Of a stretch of 64,000 nucleotides of DNA, positions 36,210-50,727 are shown piece by piece. A program made the translations under genes and the position numbers. The notes under the pieces were generated by a model. That model was not told where the DNA came from and ran no database searches. It worked only from the letters and a program-made list of their open reading frames with translations. The DNA comes from Macrostomum hystrix. Its lineage: Eukaryota > Animalia > Platyhelminthes. Each line of letters opens with the position of its first letter. Position 1 is the stretch's first letter. The stretch lies in assembly GCA_950097015.1 (NCBI GenBank), contig CATNEN010000038.1:5332001-5396000 (forward strand), written 5' to 3'.

Positions 36210-38790
36210 GGGTTGAGCACAGTTTGGGTTGAACACAGTATGGGTTGAGCACAGTATGTGTTAAGCACAGCATGGGCTGAGCACAGATTGGGTTGAGCAC
36301 AGTTTGGGGTGAGCACAGTATGGGTTGAGCACAGTTTGGGTTGAGCACAGTATGGGTTGAGCACAGTTTGGGGTGATCGCACAGTATGGGTTGAGCACAG
36401 GTTAGGTTGAACACAGTATGGGTTGAGCACAGTATGGGCTTAGCACAGTATGGGTTAAACACAGTATGGGTTGAGCACAGTATGGGTTAAGCACAGTATG
36501 GGCTGAGCACAGTATGGGTTAAACACAGTATGGGTTGAGCACAGTATGGGCTTAGCACAGTATGGGTTGAGCACAGTATGGGCTGAGCACAGTATGGGTT
36601 AAACACAGTATGGGTTAAGCACAGTATGGGCTGAGAACAGTATGGGTTGAGCACAGTATGGGTTGAGCACAGTATGGGTTAAACACAGTATGTGTTAAGC
36701 ACAGCATGGGCTGAGCACAGATTGGGTTGAGCACAGTTTGGGGTAAGCACAGTATGGGTTGAGCACAGTTTGGGTTGAGCACAGTATGGGTTGAGCACAG
36801 TTTGGAGTGATCGCACAGTATGGGTTGAGCACAGGTTAGGTTGAACACAGTATGGGTTGAGCACAGTATGGGCTGAGCACAGTATGGGTTAAACACAGTA
36901 TGGGTTGAGCACAGTATGGGTTAAGCACAGTATGGGCTGAGCACAGTTTGGGGTGATCGCACAGTATGGGTTGAGCACAGGTTAGGTTGAACACAGTATG
37001 GGTTGAGCACAGTATGGGCTGAGCACAGTATGGGTTAAACACAGAATGGGTTGAGCACAGTATGGGTTAAGCACAGTATGGGCTGAGCACAGTATGGGTT
37101 AAACACAGTATGGGTTGAGCACAGTATGGGCTTAGCACAGTATGGGTTGAGCACAGTATGGGCTTAGCACAGTATGGGTTAAACACAGTATGGGTTAAGC
37201 ACAGTATGGGCTGAGAACAGTATGGGTTGAGCACAGTATGGGTTGAGCACAGTATGGGTTAAACACAGTATGTGTTAAGCACAGCATGGGCTGAGCACAG
37301 ATTGGGTTGAGCACAGTTTGGGGTGAGCACAGTATGGGTTGAGCACAGTTTGGGTTGAGCACAGTATGGGTTGAGCACAGTTTGGGGTGATCGCACAGAA
37401 TGGGTTGAGCACAGGTTAGGTTGAACACAGTATGGGTTGAGCACAGTATGGGCTTAGCACAGTATGGGTTAAACACAGTATGGGTTGAGCACAGTATGGG
37501 TTAAGCACAGTATGGGCTGAGCACAGTATGGGTTAAACACAGTATGGGTTGAGCACAGTATGGGCTTAGCACAGTATGGGTTGAGCACAGTATGGGCTGA
37601 GCACAGTATGGGTTAAACACAGTATGGGTTAAGCACAGTATGGGCTGAGAACAGTATGGGTTGAGCACAGTATGGGTTGAGCACAGTATGGGTTAAACAC
37701 AGTATGTGTTAAGCACAGCATGGGCTGAGCACAGATTGGGTTGAGCACAGTTTGGGGTAAGCACAGTATGGGTTGAGCACAGTTTGGGTTGAGCACAGTA
37801 TGGGTTGAGCACAGTTTGGGGTGATCGCACAGTATGGGTTGAGCACAGGTTAGGTTGAACACAGTATGGGTTGAGCACAGTATGGGCTGAGCACAGTATA
37901 GGTTAAACACAGTATGGGCTGAGCACAGTATGGGTTAAACACAGTATGGGTTGAGCACAGTATGGGCTTAGCACAGTATGGGTTGAGCACAGTATGGGCT
38001 TAGCACAGTATGGGTTAAACACAGTATGGGTTAAGCACAGTATGGGCTGAGAACAGTATGGGTTGAGCACAGTATGGGTTGAGCACAGTATGGGTTAAAC
38101 ACAGTATGTGTTAAGCACAGCATGGGCTGAGCACAGATTGGGTTGAGCACAGTTTGGGGTGAGCACAGTATGGGTTGAGCACAGTTTGGGTTGAGCACAG
38201 TATGGGTTGAGCACAGTTTGGGGTGATCGCACAGTATGGGTTGAGCACAGGTTAGGTTGAACACAGTATGGGTTGAGCACAGTATGGGCTTAGCACAGTA
38301 TGGGTTAAACACAGTATGGGTTGAGCACAGTATGGGTTAAGCACAGTATAGGCTGAGCACAGTATGGGTTAAACACAGTATGGGTTGAGCACAGTATGGG
38401 CTTAGCACAGTATGGGTTGAGCACAGTATGGGCTGAGCACAGTATGGGTTAAACACAGTATGGGTTAAGCACAGTATGGGCTGAGAACAGTATGGGTTGA
38501 GCACAGTATGGGTTGAGCACAGTATGGGTTAAACACAGTATGGGTTGAGCACAGTATGGGTTGAGCACAGTATGGGTTGAGCACAGTATGGGCTGAGAAC
38601 AGTATGGGATGAGCACAGTATGGGCTGAGCACAGTATGGGTTAAACACAGTATGGGTTGAGCACAGTATGGGCTGAGCACAGTATGGGTTAAACACAGTA
38701 TGGGTTGAGCACAGTATGGGTTGAGCACAGTATGGGTTGAGCACAGTGTGGGGTTGAGCGCAGTATGGGCTGAGCACAGTACGGTTTGAG
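36210..38790. repeat. 16-bp minisatellite (gcacagtatgggttga) with higher-order structure
   Basis: Variant block recurs at 36257, 36691, 37271, 37705, 38107. Confidence 0.97.
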
Positions 38791-39329
38791 CCAAGTGTGA
38801 ATTAAGCTCGATATAAGTACAGTTTAAGTTTAGCACAGGTATTAGAAAATGATATTACTTTTTTTCTGTTTCAAAAATCTAAACGTTTTCAGTTTAACTG
38901 TCTATCTGTCAATCTGTAAATTAGATTTTTATATTTGTCAGTCAATTATTGCACTTGTTACTCTTGTTACTCTTGTACAAGCAATCATTTTGTTTGCTTT
39001 TTAACGTAGAAGTTCAAAGAAGTACATAAATATGTTGCATGGAATTTCAGTATTGATTTGGAATGGGGCTTCGTGTCTGCCCGCCCGTTTTTGGCAGACG
39101 CGCCCGAACTGTTTGGAGATTGACTTCTATAGAAAGAACTAGATGCAAACTAATTTCACCTTCGCTTGCTTATTAAACAGATGAAGCAAGCGGAGACTGC
39201 GTGGGAAGCTGGTGAGGGGATTAGCCTGCAAGCCAGGTAATACTGGTTAGCGTAGGCGGGTTTACAGGCCTACTCAAAATTTAGAAACATATTTGGATAT
39301 TATTAGTATAAAATATTTTGGGAGATGAA

Positions 39330-39685
39330 TGGGAGAGGGGTGGATGGGGGATAGAGGGGTTCGATGGGGGGATAGAGGGGTGAATGGGGGGATAGAGGGG
39401 TTGGATGGGGAGATAGAGGGGTGGATGGGGGGATAGAGGGGTGGATGGGGAGATAGAGGGGTTGGATGGGGAATAGAGGGGTGGATGGGGGATAGAGGGG
39501 TGAATGGGGAGATAGAGGGGTAGATGGGGGGGATAGAGGGGTTCGATGGGGAGATAGAGGGGTGGATGGGGAGATAGAGGGGTGGATGGGGAGATAGAGA
39601 GGTGGATGGGGAGATAGAGGGGTGGATGGGGGGATAGAGGGGTTCGATGGGGAGATAGAGGGGTGGATGTGGAGATAGAGGGGTT
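39330..39685. repeat. ~20-bp G-rich minisatellite (gatagaggggtggatgggga)
   Basis: Direct periodicity. Confidence 0.93.
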
Positions 39686-40144
39686 AATTTTATTCCCATC
39701 GTCCTGAGCCGACGGGCTCTGGATGCCGTCTGCTGTGCCGCACTGTGAGTTGATGTTTTTCAAGACAGTCGGGATTTACAAGTTAAACTGCCACCTACAG
39801 CACCACCGCCACTAACTCACTCCCCTCGCCGCGGAACGCTGTATCGATTCTGCCAATCCCTATTTCCCCTTCTAAATCCCATTTCCCCTTCCCCTCTGGT
39901 CTACTCTTCAGCTCAGCCAGCTCCAGTATTCCTTTATCCTCTAGCGAACAATGCTGGCATGAACTTTTGCCTATTCCAACTGACTTTCTTTACCATGCTT
40001 TCTCCCCGAGGCTCTGACTATGATCGCATCACCATGGCAACACAGCAGCTTCTTTATTCTGCAAACCGGCCAGCACTGTCCCGCGAGGCGCCAGGATTCC
40101 CACTCGACTGTGACGGGAAGCTACAATTGTTGCTGTTGCTGTAA

Positions 40145-43100
40145 ATGGATGGATGGTGTTTGTGTATGGATGGATGGATGGTGTTTGTGAATGGATGGAT
40201 GGTGTTTGTGTATGGATGGATGGATGGTGTTTGTGTATGGATGGATGGATGGTGTTTGTGAATGGATGGATGGTGTTTGTGAATGGATGGATGGTGTTTG
40301 TGAATGGATGGATGGTGTTTGTGAATGGATGGATGAATGGTGTTTGTGAATGGATGGATGGATGGTGTTTGTGAATGGATGGATGGTGTTTGTGAATGGA
40401 TGGATGGATGGTGTTTGTGAATGGATGGATGGATGGTGTTTGTGAATGGATGGATGGTGTTTGTGAATGGATGGATGGATGGTGTTTGTGAATGGATGGA
40501 TGGATGGTGTTTGTGAATGGATGGATGGTGTTTGTGTATGGATGGATGGATGGTGTTTGTGAATGGATGGATGGATGGTGTTTGTGAATGGATGGATGGT
40601 GTTTGTGTATGGATGGATGGATGGTGTTTGTGTATGGATGGATGGATGGTGTTTGTGAATGGATGGATGGTGTTTGTGAATGGATGGATGGATGGTGTTT
40701 GTGTATGGATGGATGGATGGTGTTTGTGTATGGATGGATGGATGGTGTTTGTGAATGGATGGATGGTGTTTGTGAATGGATGGATGGTGTTTGTGAATGG
40801 ATGGATGGTGTTTGTGAATGGATGGATGGATGGTGTTTGTGAATGGATGGATGGATGGTGTTTGTGAATGGATGGATGGATGGTGTTTGTGAATGGATGG
40901 ATGGTGTTTGTGTATGGATGGATGGATGGTGTTTGTGAATGGATGGATGGTGTTTGTGTATGGATGGATGGATGGTGTTTGTGTATGGATGGATGGATGG
41001 TGTTTGTGTATGAATGGATGGATGGTATTTGTGTATGGATGGATGGATGGTGTTTGTGAATGGATGGATGGATGGTGTTTGTGTATGGATGGATGGATGG
41101 TGTTTGTGTATGGATGGATGGATGGTGTTTGTGTATGGATGGATGGATGGTGTTTGTGTATGGATGGATGGTGTTTGTGTATGGATGGATGGATGGTGTT
41201 TGTGAATGGATGGATGGATGGTGTTTGTGAATGGATGGATGGATGGTGTTTGTGAATGGATGGATGGATGGTGTTTGTGAATGGATGGATGGATGGTGTT
41301 TGTGAATGGATGGATGGTGTTTGTGTATGGATGGATGGATGGTGTTTGTGTATGAATGGATGGTGTTTGTGAATGGATGGATGGTGTTTGTGTATGGATG
41401 GATGGATGGTGTTTGTGAATGGATGGATGGATGGTGTTTGTGAATGGATGGATGGATGGTGTTTGTGAATGGATGGATGGATGGTGTTTGTGTATGAATG
41501 GATGGATGGTGTTTGTGAATGGATGGATGGATGGTGTTTGTGTATGAATGGATGGATGGTGTTTGTGAATGGATGGATGGATGGTGTTTGTGTATGGATG
41601 GATGGATGGTGTTTGTGTATGAATGGATGGATGGTGTTTGTGAATGGATGGATGGATGGTGTTTGTGAATGGATGGATGGTGTTTGTGAATGGATGGATG
41701 GATGGTGTTTGTGAATGGATGGATGGATGGTGTTTGTGAATGGATGGATGGTGTTTGTGAATGGATGGATGGATAGTGTTTGTGAATGGATGGATGGTGT
41801 TTGTGTATGGATGGATGGATGGTGTTTGTGAATGGATGGATGGTGTTTGTGCATGGATGGATGGATGGTGTTTGTGAATGGATGGATGGATGGTGTTTGT
41901 GAATGGATGGATGGATGGTGTTTGTGAATGGATGGATGGATGGTGTTTGTGTATGAATGGATGGATGGTGTTTGTGAATGGATGGATGGATGGTGTTTGT
42001 GTATGAATGGATGGATGGTGTTTGTGAATGGATGGATGGATGGTGTTTGTGTATGGATGGATGGATGGTGTTTGTGTATGAATGGATGGATGGTGTTTGT
42101 GAATGGATGGATGGATGGTGTTTGTGAATGGATGGATGGTGTTTGTGAATGGATGGATGGATGGTGTTTGTGAATGGATGGATGGATGGTGTTTTGTGAA
42201 TGGATGGATGGTGTTTGTGAATGGATGGATGGATGGTGTTTGTGAATGGATGGATGGATGGTGTTTGTGTATGAATGGATGGTGTTTGTGAATGGATGGA
42301 TGGTGTTTGTGTATGGATGGATGGATGGTGTTTGTGAATGGATGGATGGTGTTTGTGAATGGATGGATGGTGTTTGTGTATGGATGGATGGATGGTGTTT
42401 GTGTATGAATGGATGGTGTTTGTGAATGGATGGATGGTGTTTGTGTATGGATGGATGGATGGTGTTTGTGAATGGATGGATGGATGGTGTTTGTGAATGG
42501 ATGGATGGATGGTGTTTGTGAATGGATGGATGGATGGTGTTTGTGTATGAATGGATGGATGGTGTTTGTGAATGGATGGATGGATGGTGTTTGTGTATGA
42601 ATGGATGGATGGTGTTTGTGAATGGATGGATGGATGGTGTTTGTGTATGGATGGATGGATGGTGTTTGTGTATGAATGGATGGATGGTGTTTGTGAATGG
42701 ATGGATGGATGGTGTTTGTGAATGGATGGATGGTGTTTGTGAATGGATGGATGGATGGTGTTTGTGAATGGATGGATGGATGGTGTTTGTGAATGGATGG
42801 ATGGTGTTTGTGAATGGATGGATGGATGGTGTTTGTGAATGGATGGATGGTGTTTGTGTATGGATGGATGGATGGTGTTTGTGAATGGATGGATGGTGTT
42901 TGTGCATGGATGGATGGATGGTGTTTGTGAATGGATGGATGGATGGTGTTTGTGAATGGATGGATGGATGGTGTTTGTGAATGGATGGATGGATGGTGTT
43001 TGTGTATGAATGGATGGATGGTGTTTGTGAATGGATGGATGGATGGTGTTTGTGTATGAATGGATGGATGGTGTTTGTGAATGGATGGATGGATGGTGTT

Positions 43101-46100
43101 TGTGTATGGATGGATGGATGGTGTTTGTGTATGAATGGATGGATGGTGTTTGTGAATGGATGGATGGATGGTGTTTGTGAATGGATGGATGGTGTTTGTG
43201 AATGGATGGATGGATGGTGTTTGTGAATGGATGGATGGATGGTGTTTGTGAATGGATGGATGGTGTTTGTGAATGGATGGATGGATGGTGTTTGTGAATG
43301 GATGGATGGATGGTGTTTGTGAATGGATGGATGGTGTTTGTGTATGGATGGATGGATGGTGTTTGTGAATGGATGGATGGTGTTTGTGTATGGATGGATG
43401 GATGGTGTTTGTGAATGGATGGATGGATGGTGTTTGTGAATGGATGGATGGATGGTGTTTGTGTATGAATGGATGGATGGTGTTTGTGAATGGATGGATG
43501 GATGGTGTTTGTGTATGAATGGATGGATGGTGTTTGTGAATGGATGGATGGATGGTGTTTGTGAATGGATGGATGGATGGTGTTTGTGAATGGATGGATG
43601 GATGGTGTTTGTGAATGGATGGATGGTGTTTGTGTATGGATGGATGGATGGTGTTTGTGAATGGATGGATGGTGTTTGTGAATGGATGGATGGATGGTGT
43701 TTGTGAATGGATGGATGGATGGTGTTTGTGAATGGATGGATGGATGGTGTTTGTGTATGGATGGATGGATGGTGTTTGTGAATGGATGGATGGATGGTGT
43801 TTGTGAATGGATGGATGGATGGTGTTTGTGAATGGATGGATGGATGGTGTTTGTGAATGGATGGATGGTGTTTGTGTATGGATGGATGGATGGTGTTTGT
43901 GTATGGATGGATGGATGGTGTTTGTGTATGAATGGATGGATGGTGTTTGTGTATGGATGGATGGATGGTGTTTGTGTATGGATGGATGGATGGTGTTTGT
44001 GAATGGATGGATGGATGGTGTTTGTGTATGAATGGATGGTGTTTGTGAATGGATGGATGGTGTTTGTGTATGGATGGATGGATGGTGTTTGTGAATGGAT
44101 GGATGGTGTTTGTGTATGGATGGATGGATGGTGTTTGTGAATGGATGGATGGATGGTGTTTGTGAATGGATGGATGGTGTTTGTGTATGGATGGATGGAT
44201 GGTGTTTGTGTATGGATGGATGGATGGTGTTTGTGTATGAATGGATGGATGGTGTTTGTGTATGGATGGATGGATGGTGTTTGTGAATGGATGGATGGAT
44301 GGTGTTTGTGTATGAATGGATGGTGTTTGTGAATGGATGGATGGTGTTTGTGTATGGATGGATGGATGGTGTTTGTGAATGGATGGATGGATGGTGTTTG
44401 TGAATGGATGGATGGATGGTGTTTGTGAATGGATGGATGGATGGTGTTTGTGTATGAATGGATGGATGGTGTTTGTGTATGGATGGATGGATGGTGTTTG
44501 TGAATGGATGGATGGATGGTGTTTGTGAATGGATGGATGGTGTTTGTGAATGGATGGATGGTGTTTGTGTATGGATGGATGGTGTTTGTGTATGGATGGA
44601 TGGATGGTGTTTGTGTATGGATGGATGGATGGTGTGTATGTATGGATGGATGGATGATGTTTGTGAATGGATGGATGGTGTTTGTGAATGGATGGATGGA
44701 TGGTGTTTGTGAATGGATGGATGGATGGTGTTTGTGAATGGATGGATGGTGTTTGTGTATGGATGGATGGATGGTGTTTGTGTATGGATGGATGGATGGT
44801 GTTTGTGTATGAATGGATGGATGGTGTTTGTGTATGGATGGATGGATGGTGTTTGTGAATGGATGGATGGATGGTGTTTGTGTATGAATGGATGGTGTTT
44901 GTGAATGGATGGATGGTGTTTGTGTATGGATGGATGGATGGTGTTTGTGAATGGATGGATGGTGTTTGTGTATGGATGGATGGATGGTGTTTGTGTATGA
45001 ATGGATGGATGGTGTTTGTGTATGGATGGATGGATGGTGTTTGTGTATGGATGGATGGATGGTGTTTGTGTATGGATGGATGGATGGTGTTTGTGTATGG
45101 ATGGATGGATGGTGTTTGTGAATGGATGGATGGATGGTGTTTGTGTATGGATGGATGGATGGTGTTTGTGAATGGATGGATGGTATTTGTGTATGGATGG
45201 ATGGATGGTGTTTGTGTATGGATGGATGGATGGTGTTTGTGTATGGATGGATGGATGGTATTTGTGTATGGATGGATGGATGGTGTTTGTGTATGGATGG
45301 ATGGATGGTGTTTGTGTATGAATGGATGGATGGTGTTTGTGTATGGATGGATGGATGGTGTTTGTGAATGGATGGATGGATGGTGTTTGTGAATGGATGG
45401 ATGGTGTTTGTGTATGGATGGATGGTGTTTGTGAATGGATGGATGGTGTTTGTGTATGGATGGATGGTGTTTGTGTATGGATGGATGGCATTTGTGTATG
45501 GATGGATGGTGTTTGTGTATGGATGGATGGATGGTGTTTGTGTATGGATGGATGGTGTTTGTGTATGGATGGATGGTGTTTGTGCATGGATGGATGGATG
45601 GTGTTTGTGAATGGATGGATGGATGGTGTTTGTGTATGGATGGATGGATGGTGTTTGTGAATGGATGGATGGATGGTGTTTGTGTATGGATCGATGGTGT
45701 TTGTGCATGGATGGATGGATGGTGTTTGTGAATGGATGGATGGTGTTTGTGAATGGATGGATGGATGGTGTTTGTGAATGGATGGATGGTGTTTGTGGAT
45801 GAATGGATGGTGTTAGTGGATGAATGGATGGTGTTTGTGGATGAATGGATGGTGTTTGTGGATGGATGGATGGTGTTTGTGCATGGATGGATGGTGTTTG
45901 TGAATGGATGGATGGTGTTTGTGGATGAATGGATGGTATTTGTGGATGAATGGATGGTGTTTGTGAATGGATGGATGGTGTTTGTGAATGGATGGATGGT
46001 GTTTGTGAATGGATGGATGGTGTTTGTGGATGAATGGATGGTGTTTGTGGATGAATGGATGGTGTTTGTGGATGAATGGATGGATGGTGTTTGTGGAAGA

Positions 46101-46120
46101 ATGGATGGATGGATGGTGTT
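40145..46120. repeat. 6-kb compound satellite, (ATGG)3-4 + tgtttgtg(a/t), 21/25-bp units
   Basis: Direct periodicity. Confidence 0.98.
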
Positions 46121-46585
46121 TGGATACAGGTCGATGGGAGGTGGATGTGAGCAATGAAGTCCTCAGTGAGTCTGCCATTTCAAAGAACCGGATTCAGGCA
46201 GCGCTGGCTGCACTTTTCCATTTCTGGCCAGGCTGGAAACTGCGGAGCAAGCAATGTCAAACTCGCGCGCCCATTCGCCTCGCGATAAAACAAACAGGCG
46301 GAAGTCGCAAGGCCCATTTCAATGTTGCAGAGCGATGCAGCCAATCTGTCATTGATCGCTAAGGGCAACGCGCCGAGGTCCGGAGAGCAGAGTCAACCGC
46401 AAGCTCATGCCGGGTGCCAAAACCTGCTGCGTGAACAGAGGGACTCGGCTGATGGGGGGCCGCAAAGCCGACCAATGAGAGACCTGCTGGCTTGAATGAC
46501 GAAAGTACAAAATGGTATTTAAGTTTCCCCCGAGCTAAGCAGGTGATTTTCACAAAGCTACACAATATCCAGTTTGAGTAGAACA

Positions 46586-46816
46586 ATGAGCTCAGAATCA
46601 GACACGGACGCTGCGGTCCACAGCAAGAGAAAAAGTGCCAACACAGCGAACAGCAAGCAGCAGCAGCAGCAGCAAAATAAGAAGAAGCCGCAGAAGAAGC
46701 ACAAGGAGGAGCATCGAGAACGGCGCCGGGTCGCCGGAGCGTCCAAGTTCAGCCACTCGACAGCCGGCCGAGGCAACACCAGAGACCGGGAGAGCGAGGT
46801 CTGCGCCCTGCTGTAA
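46586..46816 (+). CDS. Small basic protein (76 aa) ending in CaaX motif CALL; may be a terminal exon
   Basis: ACAATG start, GC3-rich codons and CAG tract like the other genes here, polybasic stretch, C-terminal CALL*. Confidence 0.5.
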   Translation: MSSESDTDAAVHSKRKSANTANSKQQQQQQNKKKPQKKHKEEHRERRRVAGASKFSHSTAGRGNTRDRESEVCALL

Positions 46817-47151
46817 CGCTGACGGAACTGCGTCCAGTCTAGTCGGCTTTACACGACTCTGAAGTTCTCAAAACTTTTTCGACTACTTAATATCCCAGCT
46901 TATAGAACTCGAGTAGGTCAGCAGGTTGGATTATCGATTTTTTACTGGCTACAAAAACCTCACTTTGACGAGTAAAGTATTGCGCTATAAAATTGCATGC
47001 GCTTTTTAGTTTTATCTACACTGATGCTAACTATCTATCTACAGGTCTACAGTACGCATTAAACATTCATCGATAACAGGACACAGGTTTTTGCTAAAAC
47101 AAAGATTTTTAATTTGTAATCATTGTCTTTTTGCTGTTGTTGAGAAAACAA

Positions 47152-47769
47152 GAGAGAGACAAGAAGGTGAGAGCGGCGATCCACAGAGAGATGGAGACAA
47201 GAAGGTGAGAGCGGCGATCCACAGACAGAGACAAGGTGAGAGCGGCGATCCACAGAGAGAGAGAGACAATGTGAGAGCGGCGATCCACAGAGAGACAAGA
47301 AGGTGAGAGCGGCGATCCACAGAGAGACAAGAAGGTGAGAGCGGCGATCCACAGAGAGACAAGAAGGTGAGAGCGGCGATCGACAGAGAGACAAGAAGGT
47401 GAGAGCGGCGATCCACAGAGAGACAAGAAGGTGAGAGCGGCGATCCACAGAGAGACAAGAAGGTGAGAGCGGCGATCCACAGAGAGACAAGAAGGTGAGA
47501 GCGGCGATCCACAGAGAGACAAGAAGGTGAGAGCGGCGATCCACAGAGAGACAAGAAGGTGAGAGCGGCGATCCACAGAGAGACAAGAAGGTGAGAGCGG
47601 CGATCCACAGAGAGACAAGAAGGTGAGAGCGGCGATCCACAGAGAGACAAGAAGGTGAGAGCGGCGATCCACAGAGAGACAAGAAGGTGAGAGCGGCGAT
47701 CCACAGAGAGACAAGAAGGTGAGAGCGGCGATCCACAGAGAGACAAGAAGGTGAGAGCGGCGATCCACA
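47152..47769. repeat. 32-bp minisatellite (gagagcggcgatccacagagagacaagaaggt)
   Basis: Direct periodicity. Confidence 0.97.
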
Positions 47770-48382
47770 ATAAGGCCAGTGCTTCACTGATTCAAAAGAA
47801 GACTGTAACTAAATACCGTTATTCAAATGTGATCTCTAAAATAATCGAATTGAATTCATAACATTAGGCGGAATTTTTTGTGAGAAAAAGATACAAGAAG
47901 CTTAGACGAATTTCTACAGAGGCAGTCTTGTATTCTTGTTGCTTGAAAACGCTCGATTTGAAATCAATAAATTGAGCCAAAAACATAATATAGCATATAA
48001 AAAATTAACACCAGAATAACTGAAACAACTCATTAGTACCTGACTGGACAGCAGACACAAACAAGGAAAAAAAATGTAAATATTTCTGCAACTCGATACT
48101 GAATAAAGCAAACAATAATCTACACATACTACATACAGTTATACATAGTAAGTGCGCGAAAACATTTTAACCAGCTGATTATTATTCTGCTAAAATGCTT
48201 ACTTAAGACTAAACTGAACAGAATTGCAGACACAGGGGTATGCATTTCTATTAAATAGAACTAGATAATAAATCTGATAGTATTGCTTAAGTTTAGTACT
48301 CGATAAGAATTTGTTCAGATACCGACACGTTGCAATTAACGCCCTTCAAATTTTGTTTTTTAGGAAAGCCAAGCCTGAATCT

Positions 48383-49520
48383 TTGACCTCAGGATCCCTG
48401 AGGATAATTGTCCTTGACCTGAGGATCCCTAAAGATAATTGTCCTTGACCTGAGGATCCCTAAAGATAATTGTCCTTGACCTGAGGATAATTGTCCTTGA
48501 CCTGAGGATCCCTAAGGATAATTGTCCTTGACCTGAGGATCCCTGAGGATAATTTTCCTTGACCTGAGGATCCCTGAAGATATTTGTCCTTGACCTGAGG
48601 ATCCCTGAGGATAATTGTCCTTGACCTGAGGATCCCTAAGGATAATTGTCCTTGACCTGAGGATCCCTGAGGATAATTTTCCTTGACCTGAGGATCCCTG
48701 AGGACAATTGTCCTTGACCTGAGGATAATTGTCCTTGACCTGAGGATCCCTGAGGATAATTTTCCTTGACCTGAGGATCCCTGAGGACAATTGTCCTTGA
48801 CCTGAGGATAATTGTCCTTGACCTGGGGATCCCTAAGGATAATTGTCCTTGACCTGAGGATCCCTGAGGATAATTGTCCTTGACCTGAGGATCCCTAAGG
48901 ATAATTGTCCTTGACCTGAGGATCCCTGAGGATAATTTTCCTTGACCTGAGGATCCCTGAGGATAATTTTCCTTGACCTGAGGATCCCTGAGGACAATTG
49001 TCCTTGACCTGAGGATAATTGTCCTTGACCTGGGGATCCCTAAGGATAATTGTCCTTGACCTGAGGATCCCTGAGGATAATTGTCCTTGACCTGAGGATC
49101 CCTAAGGATAATTGTCCTTGACCTGAGGATCCCTGAGGATAATTTTCCTTGACCTGAGGATCCCTGAGGACAATTGTCCTTGACCTGAGGATAATTGTCC
49201 TTGACCTGGGGATCCCTGAGGATAATTTTCCTTGACCTGAGGATCCCTGAGGACAATTGTCCTTGACCTGAGGATAATTGTCCTTGACCTGAGGATCCCT
49301 AAGGATAATTGTCCTTGACCTGAGGATCTTTAAGGATAATTGTCCTTGACCTGAGGATCCCTGAGGATAATTTTCCTTGACCTGAGGATCCCTGAGGACA
49401 ATTGTCCTTGACCTGAGGATCCCTGAGGACAATTGTCCTTGACCTGAGGATCCCTGAGGATAATTGTCCTTGACCTGAGGATCCCTGAGGATAATTGTCC
49501 TTGACTTGAGGATCTGGGAT
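48383..49520. repeat. 31/21-bp minisatellite (aggataattgtccttgacctgaggatccctg)
   Basis: Direct periodicity. Confidence 0.97.
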
Positions 49521-50344
49521 CATTTTCTTTGACTTGATGATATCGCGTAATTGTTTTCTGACATGAAGATCACGGATAATTGTCCTCGACCTGAATATAC
49601 CAATCGACTAATAATTAGGTAAGCTAAAGAAGTTAAGTTAAGAAAAGTTAAGGTAAGGTGAAGAATTTGCATCTTTGACCACAAAGGTAAAAATTATTAT
49701 TTTAGCAGAAAAATGCGATGCTCACCTTGCAGTTTGATTTCATTTGAGAAAAGCCAGGAGCTGAAAAGTGAGCTATAGTTACTACGAGCTCACAATTGTT
49801 CATGAGCTCGTTAAGCTGAGATTATGCGATTAAACAATAGAGTTTTGTAATTTGCTCGAAAAGAACATTTCGCAACTTGACTCAAGAAAAAAAACATTTT
49901 CTTACTTGTAGTGTAGATTTCAAAATAATCTACACTGTGCGCTTATAACTACTGACACACTATCAGCAAGTAGGAAAGTTAGAAAGTGATTTTAAAGAAT
50001 AGGAAAAAAGAAAATTAGATTACATTATCAATCAAGTGAGCAAGCAAGACTGTGTTAAATAGAGAATTGTGTAAAAAAATAAACAAAAAATAATAAACTA
50101 AAGAAATCAGCAACAGTTTAAGACTCGGGAATGTCCAGATTCACTACAGGTGGAGTTAAACAAATACATATATGCCCTTGCTGTGTCCCGTGCCAGCAAT
50201 CAAGGATCTGACAGAAATTCACAAAGTGGGTAAACATGTGGAGCGGCGCGATAGAACAAGCCTTTAACAACTTCAGAATGAACTACAAATATTAAACATT
50301 GCGATGCTCACTGCGACAGCTCGGTGAGCATCTGAGAAGGTAAG

Positions 50345-50727
50345 TGTGCTCACTATAAGCATCTGGGAGATGTGTGCTCACTATGAGCATATGGTAGACG
50401 TGTACTCACTATGATCATCTAGGAGTTGTGTGCTCACTATGATCATCTGGGAGTTGTGTGCTCGCTATGAGCATGTGGGAGTTGTGTGCTCGCTATGATC
50501 ATCTGGGAGTTGTGTGCTCGCTATGAGCATCTGGGAGTTGTGTGCTCACTATGAGCATCTGGGAGTTGTGTGCTCGCTATGAGCATCTGGGAGTTGTGTG
50601 CTCACTATGAGCATCTGGGAGTTGTGTGCTCACTATGAGCATCTGGGAGATGTGTGCTCACTATGAGCATCTGGGAGTTGTGTGCTCACTATGAGCATCT
50701 GGGAGTTGTGTGCTCACTATGAGCATC
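50345..50727. repeat. 28-bp hairpin-containing minisatellite abutting the IP3K stop codon
   Basis: Unit gagcatctgggagttgtgtgctcactat; contains TGCTCA-cta-TGAGCA. Confidence 0.95.

Noticed and set aside
36210-38790. Telomeric repeat (GGGTTA seen)
   Set aside because: The hexamer is only part of some 16-bp units; no (TTAGGG)n tract
40029-45708. 1,800-aa His-rich ORFs
   Set aside because: The satellite strand lacks stop codons in all three frames; artefact
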